From IMG/VR virus record IMGVR_UViG_3300025913_000028: a stretch of DNA of 20,000 nucleotides; one strand, 5' to 3'. Source of the DNA: an uncultured virus (IMG/VR IMGVR_UViG_3300025913_000028). Lineage: Duplodnaviria > Heunggongvirae > Uroviricota > Caudoviricetes. This document shows, piece after piece, positions 14,396-20,000 of this stretch (the stretch's first letter is position 1; the number at the start of each line of letters is the position of its first letter). The translations under genes and the position numbers were made by a program. The notes beneath the pieces are model-generated. The model did no database searches and was not told the DNA's origin. It saw only the letters and a list, made by a program, of their open reading frames with translations.

Positions 14396-16047
14396 TGACC
14401 GCCGATCCGAACATGAAGTGCGTGTGTGGGTACCGGAAGTTCCGGGACCAACGAATCACGCTCATCGAGCCGGCGACGCAGTGGGTGCTCTTCGACAACG
14501 GCGCCTACGGTGGTTTCGGGTCGACGCCGTACGGCACCTACTTCGGTTCGGGAGCTTCCGGCACCTGGGGGCAGTTCGAGGTCGATGTTGCACGGACCCA
14601 CAAGCAGATCGTCTGCGAGAGCTGTTCGAGGGTGCGAAGCGACGTCGTCCTGAGCGGCATCGGCTTCTTCGGCAGCTACGTCCTCGGTGACAGCATCTTC
14701 GTGTTGGTGACCGACACGACACTGCTGGGGTGCGTCCGCATCCGCTTCGAGAACGCTACCTTGGGGATTCGTGTGGACGTCAGCCCCACGATCTACAGTG
14801 GCGACCCCCTTCCTCTCGCAGCTCCGACCCCGGACGTCACCGCGGAGAGCCCGGGAACTCCCGTGGCCGGGATCCTGCGAGCTCTCCTGCCCGATGTGGA
14901 CTACGACGGCACCTTCGTGGTCTCCTTGGTCGACGTGTGCTCGGGGACGTCCTCCCCGCTCGCCAACATCCTCTTGGAGTCCGCCGTGCAGATTCACTAC
15001 CCCCACGAAGCAGATCTCAACGGCCTTCCTCCGATCGTCGTCGAGGAGAACCTGCGCGCTGCGAACCCGGTCTCGCAGCCCGGCACGAGCGCGATCTCCA
15101 CGATCCCGTTCGACAAGTGCGACGTCGTCATCGAGTACGACGCTCGCTTCGGGCAGTTGCCTCTGGCGGCGGGGTTCACGGGGTTCGGAAGCGGAGGTGT
15201 GTACACGCTGATCGACGGTGGCGTCCTCTCCATCACCACCACGGTCGCTGATGCATTCCTGAAGGAAGTCACGCTCGGCTCTGCCTTCACCGAGATCCAC
15301 CTGTATGCGCAGGTCCGTACCGATTCTTCCTCGGTGGTCTCGGATGAGAAGGGGTTCGGTCTGCTTGCAGATGGTGCTCCTGGGGCATCCGCGAACTACC
15401 ACGGCATAAAGATGCGCTCTCGTGCGGGGCTGCTCAACATGCAGACTCTCACCGGAAGCACACTTCACGACGTCACTTCTCCACCGCCTTCGGCGTGGGT
15501 GACCTTCTACGCGGGCCTCAAGATCGGGGCCTCGGAGGGTGTGCTTGCTATCCCGATCCTGACGGGCCCTGTTGCTCCGTCGAACTGGGGTTCTGGAGAA
15601 CCTGGCGGAGCGAGCCCGACGTTCCGCATGGCCTTCGGAGATTTCGAGGGCTCGACGCTTCAGTCGTACCTGCGCAACATCGTCGCGAGCATCGGCGGGC
15701 GGTTCGTGCGGGCGTTCTTCCGCAGCTACGCGTCTGCTGCCGCCCCCGTGCTTCGTCTCTCGTTCTCGGGCGACGCTGATGCTGGCCCGGGCACGACCGT
15801 TCGTTTCCGTGTCCGCTACGGTTCCCTGGGCCCGGGCACGAACCCGTACAACTTGGGGTCGGCGACGATCGTCGAGGCGACAGCGAACTTCTCCGCGAAG
15901 AACGTCATCGTCGAGGTTCCCTTCCAGCTCAGTGGGCTGGTTGCGAACGCCCCCTTCTGGTTCTCGGTGGAGCGGGCTTGGGAGAACATCAACGACACGA
16001 TGCCTGGTACGGCGCATCTGATCGCTGCTACCGTCCGCTCGTCATGA
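14395..16047 (+). CDS. Large beta-rich putative virion structural protein (550 aa) with N-terminal CxC...CxxC
   Basis: TGATG coupling; KCVCG...VCESC flanking the Gly/aromatic segment GAYGGFGSTPYGTYFGSG; remainder beta-strand rich. Confidence 0.6.
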   Translation: MTADPNMKCVCGYRKFRDQRITLIEPATQWVLFDNGAYGGFGSTPYGTYFGSGASGTWGQFEVDVARTHKQIVCESCSRVRSDVVLSGIGFFGSYVLGDSIFVLVTDTTLLGCVRIRFENATLGIRVDVSPTIYSGDPLPLAAPTPDVTAESPGTPVAGILRALLPDVDYDGTFVVSLVDVCSGTSSPLANILLESAVQIHYPHEADLNGLPPIVVEENLRAANPVSQPGTSAISTIPFDKCDVVIEYDARFGQLPLAAGFTGFGSGGVYTLIDGGVLSITTTVADAFLKEVTLGSAFTEIHLYAQVRTDSSSVVSDEKGFGLLADGAPGASANYHGIKMRSRAGLLNMQTLTGSTLHDVTSPPPSAWVTFYAGLKIGASEGVLAIPILTGPVAPSNWGSGEPGGASPTFRMAFGDFEGSTLQSYLRNIVASIGGRFVRAFFRSYASAAAPVLRLSFSGDADAGPGTTVRFRVRYGSLGPGTNPYNLGSATIVEATANFSAKNVIVEVPFQLSGLVANAPFWFSVERAWENINDTMPGTAHLIAATVRSS

Positions 16048-16057
16048 AGAGGGCCGC

Positions 16058-16318
16058 ATGAGGATCGTGGAGCTGATCGACGGGGCGTTCGAGATCCGCT
16101 GGACGTGGCTGCCTCTCTGGCTCGCGACGAACCCGCTCTTGAAGTCGTCGCTGGAGAACGAGCTCAAGACGATCATCGCGATGAATGGCGTCACCGACAC
16201 CGCTGCCGATCTCGACGCCATCCACGAGCATGTAGTGCGTCGTCTTCAGGAGATGTTCCCCGAGGTGAAGGGCCTCGACAGCTACCTGAACGGGATGCAC
16301 GCGCTCGAACTCGCTTGA
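16058..16318 (+). CDS. Hypothetical protein (86 aa)
   Basis: GAGGG SD, GC3 bias. Confidence 0.7.
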   Translation: MRIVELIDGAFEIRWTWLPLWLATNPLLKSSLENELKTIIAMNGVTDTAADLDAIHEHVVRRLQEMFPEVKGLDSYLNGMHALELA

Positions 16319-16346
16319 CGAGGCGCTGTATGCTCTCGTATGCTCT
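16315..16346 (+). promoter_or_regulatory. Sigma70-type promoter TTGACG-N18-TATGCT with overlapping GTATGCTCT direct repeats
   Basis: -35 at 16315-16320, -10 at 16339-16344; repeats at 16328-16336 and 16338-16346; ATG 7 nt after the -10. Confidence 0.65.
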
Positions 16347-16351
16347 GGGCC

Positions 16352-16585
16352 ATGGCTCCCAAGCCCAAGCCCAAAAAGAAGGCTCCTGAGAAGACAGAGC
16401 CTCTCGACACGATGTCCAGCCCACGGACGATCCGTCTTCCTCGCGATGACGAGCAGTGGCTGGAGTCCCTCGCGAAGGCCGAGAACCACCCGAAGGGGTT
16501 CACGGGGGTGATGCGGGACGCCGTCAAGTTCTACCGCGCCCACAAGGACCGGGAACGCCAGATCGTCCTGGAGGCCATCCGATGA
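16352..16585 (+). CDS. Ribbon-helix-helix (CopG/Arc-like) DNA-binding protein
   Basis: RTIRLP beta-ribbon, helix DDEQWLESLAKAE, helix FTGVMRDAVKFY; Lys/Pro N-terminal arm. Confidence 0.7.
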   Translation: MAPKPKPKKKAPEKTEPLDTMSSPRTIRLPRDDEQWLESLAKAENHPKGFTGVMRDAVKFYRAHKDRERQIVLEAIR

Positions 16586-17091
16586 AGCGTCTCCACACCG
16601 AGCCGCTGCCGAACACGATGTCGGCGTTGCTTCAGTACGTGAAGCGTGCCGTCTCGCAGCCGAAGGTCCACGAGGTCGTGATCACCGAGAAGGGGATCCT
16701 CGTTTCGCGTGAGATGGCGGACGAGCAGACCCCCGTCGTTCCCGAGGGACAGAACGAGGTCGACCACACCTTCCTGCTCAACCACCTGGAGATCGAGCAG
16801 TACCCGTTCAATCCGAAGGAGCACGGCATCTACACGCTCTACGGGGCGACGCAGAAGATGTCGGAGAAGAAGCTCCTCACGTTCGAGCTCGTGGTCCCGG
16901 GATGGCCTCTCTTCGCGGCATGGCTCGGCGTCGAAGAGACGCAGCAGCCACCAACCCACGTCTTCGGCATCAAGACGGCGTACGTGTCTCCTCTCGTCAC
17001 GAACGAGCGCGTCATTGTCTTGGGAGCTCCACCCTCTTCCCTCTTCCTCACCGACGTCACCTTCGGGCTGGCGATCGACCTCGGAGTCTGA
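16582..17091 (+). CDS. Hypothetical protein (169 aa)
   Basis: ATGA overlap, GGAGG SD, GC3 bias. Confidence 0.75.
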   Translation: MKRLHTEPLPNTMSALLQYVKRAVSQPKVHEVVITEKGILVSREMADEQTPVVPEGQNEVDHTFLLNHLEIEQYPFNPKEHGIYTLYGATQKMSEKKLLTFELVVPGWPLFAAWLGVEETQQPPTHVFGIKTAYVSPLVTNERVIVLGAPPSSLFLTDVTFGLAIDLGV

Positions 17092-17092
17092 G

Positions 17093-17542
17093 ATGCGTGT
17101 CGATCAAGCGTTCGCGAAGGCTGGCTTCGAGATCGTCGATGCGAAGGCCGACGGCAAGGAGATCGTCATCTCCGTTCGTGTGAGGCCGGAGAACCCTCTG
17201 GTCCCCGCTCGTTGGCGGGCGCTGGTCGACCACATCCTCATCACCGCGGAGGAGGCGAAGACCTGGAGCATCGACATCAGCAAGCGCTTCTATGCGCAGC
17301 GCGGGAGCGTCCGTTGGATGTGGCGCATCATCATGCGCGGCAACCTGAAGGACTGTCAGATCTCGCTGACGCAGGCGACCATCAACACCCTGCGCATCGG
17401 CAACGAGGTCAACGAGGTCCCTCTCGTGGGTCAGTCGAATCTCGTGCCCGACCCGAAGAACGGCAAGTTCAAGGGCGCCTACCCGCGCGACGATGAGGAC
17501 CGTGGGTCGCAGGCAGTCGCCAGCGCCTTCATCGCAGGTTGA
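17093..17542 (+). CDS. Hypothetical protein (149 aa)
   Basis: ATG 1 nt after the upstream stop, GGAG SD. Confidence 0.75.
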   Translation: MRVDQAFAKAGFEIVDAKADGKEIVISVRVRPENPLVPARWRALVDHILITAEEAKTWSIDISKRFYAQRGSVRWMWRIIMRGNLKDCQISLTQATINTLRIGNEVNEVPLVGQSNLVPDPKNGKFKGAYPRDDEDRGSQAVASAFIAG

Positions 17543-17556
17543 GGAGAAACACGAAC

Positions 17557-18270
17557 ATGGAATCGACGAACGTGAAGGGCTCGGTCAAGGCGGACGGCAC
17601 GTCCGGCATCGGCGAGCTCACCGGGGACGCCTCGATCTACGACATGGTCGCGGTCGGGGAGAAGCTGAAGGTCACCCCCGAGGTCGAAGAGCAGGTTCAG
17701 CGCCTCATGGGGGCTCTGAAGACCGAGAATCACACCTCGAAGTTCCTCTTGGAGGTCTACTTCAACGAGGAACGCTCGAAGTTCCGCCCGTTCAGCGGCT
17801 TCCTCATGGCCTGGACGAATGGTGGCTTCGCGCACGGCGGAGGGGACGAGAAGGTCTACTTCTGTCCGAACGTCATCGAGGTCGACGGTCAGCGCCGGCG
17901 GTGTGCGGCTCCGATGCCTCCGGCGCTCATCAAGCACAGGATGGGGATCTGCCTGTCATGCCGGACTCCCAGCCGCGACCGCGACCTCGTCGGCGAAGTC
18001 TTCTTCAAGCTGCCCATGGAGAACTGGGCGCCGGTCATCGAGCGCTACTTCTTCAGGCTCGAATGCAATGCGGACATCCGCATCGGCATCATGCGCGGCG
18101 ATCTGATGAAGACGACGCAGCAGGAGCAGGAGCGCGAACACCGTGGTGAGAAGCTGGAGCTCGTGCGTTCCAGTCGCGAGTGGGTCCGCTACAACCTGAA
18201 GGATCTCATCAGGGATGGAGCTTCCGGTGCTACACTGGAATCTCGACTCAACGCCTTCCTGCGCGCGTGA
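17557..18270 (+). CDS. Hypothetical protein with putative Zn-binding insert (C-x12-C...CxxC) and a GGFAHGGGDEK motif
   Basis: SD GAGGAG, AACATG context; YFCP...RCAA...ICLSC. Confidence 0.8.
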   Translation: MESTNVKGSVKADGTSGIGELTGDASIYDMVAVGEKLKVTPEVEEQVQRLMGALKTENHTSKFLLEVYFNEERSKFRPFSGFLMAWTNGGFAHGGGDEKVYFCPNVIEVDGQRRRCAAPMPPALIKHRMGICLSCRTPSRDRDLVGEVFFKLPMENWAPVIERYFFRLECNADIRIGIMRGDLMKTTQQEQEREHRGEKLELVRSSREWVRYNLKDLIRDGASGATLESRLNAFLRA

Positions 18271-18275
18271 ACAAG

Positions 18276-18701
18276 ATGACCACACCGAAGACGATCGCCG
18301 AGGTCTTGGAGCTCATCTCCAAGTTGAAGTCGAGGAAGGCCGTGTACGGCGTCTCGATCTCCCACCTGCGTGCGTTCTACCGCAAGACCGACGCGGGTCC
18401 CGCCGAACTCGTGATGCAACGCGAGGACATGGGTTCCGTTCCCGAGGAGCACATCGAGCTCTCCCTCATCGAGATGGAGCAGCGCATCGACGAGATCGAT
18501 GCCGAGCTCGAAGAGCTCCAGAATCAGCCCGTGGGCGGAGGAACGCCTCCCGCGGCTGAGCAGCCGAACACCGCCGGCGAGCAGCCGGCAGCCAAGGTTG
18601 CCGAAGACGCTGCCATCGCCGACGCGGCGAAGAAGACGGCAGCAGAACAGAAAGGAAATCCCAGTGGGAAGTCCCGCCCTCAAGGTGGTCGTCCGAGTTG
18701 A
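18276..18701 (+). CDS. Hypothetical coiled-coil protein with low-complexity tail
   Basis: EMEQRIDEIDAELEELQ heptads; Ala/Pro/Glu-rich C-terminus. Confidence 0.75.
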   Translation: MTTPKTIAEVLELISKLKSRKAVYGVSISHLRAFYRKTDAGPAELVMQREDMGSVPEEHIELSLIEMEQRIDEIDAELEELQNQPVGGGTPPAAEQPNTAGEQPAAKVAEDAAIADAAKKTAAEQKGNPSGKSRPQGGRPS

Positions 18702-18879
18702 TCCCCCCGAGCTCGATCGAGCCAACATCGATCGGCTGATGGACGGTGAGATCTCGGAGTTCGAGAAGTACCTTCAGCAGAAGCAGCGTGAGCAGGGCCT
18801 CAGCGGGAACGACCGCCTGATGACCCCCGAGCGCGGCATCCTGAAGGCCTTTCTCATCTACGCGAAGACGAAAGGTTGA
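18664..18879 (+). CDS. Hypothetical protein (71 aa)
   Basis: GTG 18664 preceded by AAAGGA; natural composition from VGSPALKVVVR onward. Confidence 0.6.
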   Translation: MGSPALKVVVRVDPPELDRANIDRLMDGEISEFEKYLQQKQREQGLSGNDRLMTPERGILKAFLIYAKTKG

Positions 18880-18881
18880 TC

Positions 18882-19139
18882 ATGAGCGACGTGATGGTGA
18901 TGAAGCGACAGTGCGAGCGGTGCCCGGCGGTGAAGGAGATCCCGGTGACCGCCGAGGACATCAAGAACAACAAGTACGCGCCGCCGAAGGCGGACGCTCC
19001 GCCGCGGTATCAGATCAGCAGCAACGGGAAGGTGGTCGTGGCGTACACGAACCTCTGTGACCCGTGTGAGCAGCAGGTCTCGAAGGCGATCGCGGAGATC
19101 TCGAAGAAGCGCGAGAAGAAGAGCTCGACGCGAGGCTGA
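18882..19139 (+). CDS. Small putative Zn-binding protein (CERC...LCDPC) with basic tail
   Basis: Two CxxC pairs; AAAGG SD. Confidence 0.75.
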   Translation: MSDVMVMKRQCERCPAVKEIPVTAEDIKNNKYAPPKADAPPRYQISSNGKVVVAYTNLCDPCEQQVSKAIAEISKKREKKSSTRG

Positions 19140-19144
19140 GCAGC

Positions 19145-19180
19145 AAAAGAAGAGGGACCGGCATCAGCCAGTCCCTCTTC
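19145..19180 (-). terminator. Rho-independent terminator between convergent genes
   Basis: Minus strand: GAAGAGGGACTGGC-tgat-GCCGGTCCCTCTTC-TTTT (14-bp stem with one G.U, then U-tract). Confidence 0.85.
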
Positions 19181-19184
19181 GCGC

Positions 19185-19583
19185 TCAGTCCGAATCCTCC
19201 GCATCCGCGATGTCCGGATGGTCCTCCGGCGTCGTCGGGGTCCAGTAGTAGAAGCCCGTGCGCTTCCCGTCCGCGAGGTCCTTCACGGCCTGGAGGCCGA
19301 TCTCGTAGCTGGGAAGGATCTTCTCGCGAACGAGCTCCTGGAGCTCCGCCCGCGTGCTTGCGATGTACTTGTAGGCGCCGTCGTGCAGGCCCTTGCGAGG
19401 CATGAAGACGTCCGCCGTGAGCTGGAACTTCGCCCACTTGCTGGGCGGCTCCCCCTCCTCTTCGTCCCAATCTTCGTCGAGCTCCTCGTGATCATTCTCG
19501 CTGATCTTCGTGATGAAGACGTTGCAGGTGATGTTCGCGTCGTCGTGCTCGGACAGCTCTTCTTCCCCGATGCTCTTGATCAT
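19185..19583 (-). CDS. Acidic hypothetical protein (132 aa)
   Basis: ATG at 19583 one nt after the upstream stop; GC3 bias; ends 4 nt before the terminator. Confidence 0.75.
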   Translation of the reverse strand: MIKSIGEEELSEHDDANITCNVFITKISENDHEELDEDWDEEEGEPPSKWAKFQLTADVFMPRKGLHDGAYKYIASTRAELQELVREKILPSYEIGLQAVKDLADGKRTGFYYWTPTTPEDHPDIADAEDSD

Positions 19584-19584
19584 C

Positions 19585-20000
19585 TCACTCTTCTTTCTCC
19601 GGACGCAGGATGTCCGGTCCGAACGTACCCAGCCAATCGTTGAACCACCCCTCCACCATGGAGAAGTGCGGATCGAGATCGGCCGGAGTAAGCCCGAACT
19701 TGCTGTAGAGCACGAGCACGAAGATCTCTTTGCGGGGATGGTGCAACGCAACTGCTGCCGTCGCGAACTCCCGGATGAGAATCTCGTGCATGTGGAGGTG
19801 GTACGCGAAGGCAGTGAAGACCACGGCCCCCTGATGGTCGTAGACGAAGGGGGCGTGCTTCCCCGTGCTGAGGGCGATCTGCCTGATGCTTCCCGCCAAC
19901 TGCAAGGACGTGATGCCCTTCTCCTCGTACATACGACGAGCTTCGGTGCCCACGGACAAGAGGAACTTGTCCCAGAGGATGTCATTCTTGAGGGGATCGG
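19585..20000 (-). CDS. Hypothetical protein, 5' end outside the window
   Basis: Frame stays open beyond 19959 to the window edge (...DPLKNDILWDKFLLSVGTEARR...). Confidence 0.7.
   Translation of the reverse strand, partial: DPLKNDILWDKFLLSVGTEARRMYEEKGITSLQLAGSIRQIALSTGKHAPFVYDHQGAVVFTAFAYHLHMHEILIREFATAAVALHHPRKEIFVLVLYSKFGLTPADLDPHFSMVEGWFNDWLGTFGPDILRPEKEE

Noticed and set aside
774..16017. Long minus-strand ORFs (e.g. 774-1709, 7185-8189, 9845-10930, 11856-12737, 14374-16017)
   Set aside because: Antisense shadows of GC3-biased + strand genes with recognisable motifs; they have unnatural Arg/Val/Asp-rich composition.
1..20000. Stop-codon reassignment (most genes end in TGA)
   Set aside because: TGA, TAG (382-384) and TAA (4282-4284) all end coherent genes, and recognisable proteins are full length in the standard code.

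Overview
GC-rich, very gene-dense window that reads like part of a large (possibly jumbo) bacteriophage genome. About 31 mostly short, translationally coupled genes (ATGA/GTGA/TGATG overlaps) run on the + strand and converge at a terminator (~19145-19180) with two - strand genes. No rRNA, tRNA, CRISPR or transposase is evident. Block 1 (1-6450) is accessory: a Topo VI-A/Spo11-like Toprim protein, a membrane-anchored metzincin, a GroES-like co-chaperonin, a DUF3307 protein, a papain-like C1 protease and a YodC/DUF2158 protein. Block 2 (6555-16318) looks virion-structural: a beta-helix tailspike/fibre-like protein, two paralogous Gly/Ser/Thr-rich proteins and a large beta-rich protein. Embedded in it is an intact phosphorelay: a soluble PAS histidine kinase, an Rcp1-like receiver and a second receiver with an unrecognised output domain, coupled to a coiled-coil/TM (holin-like) gene. 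Block 3 (16352-19139) starts at a sigma70-like promoter with a ribbon-helix-helix regulator, followed by hypothetical and Cys/Zn proteins. The most notable observation is the apparently phage-borne signalling cassette inside a structural operon. Family assignments come from motif recognition only; no searches were run.
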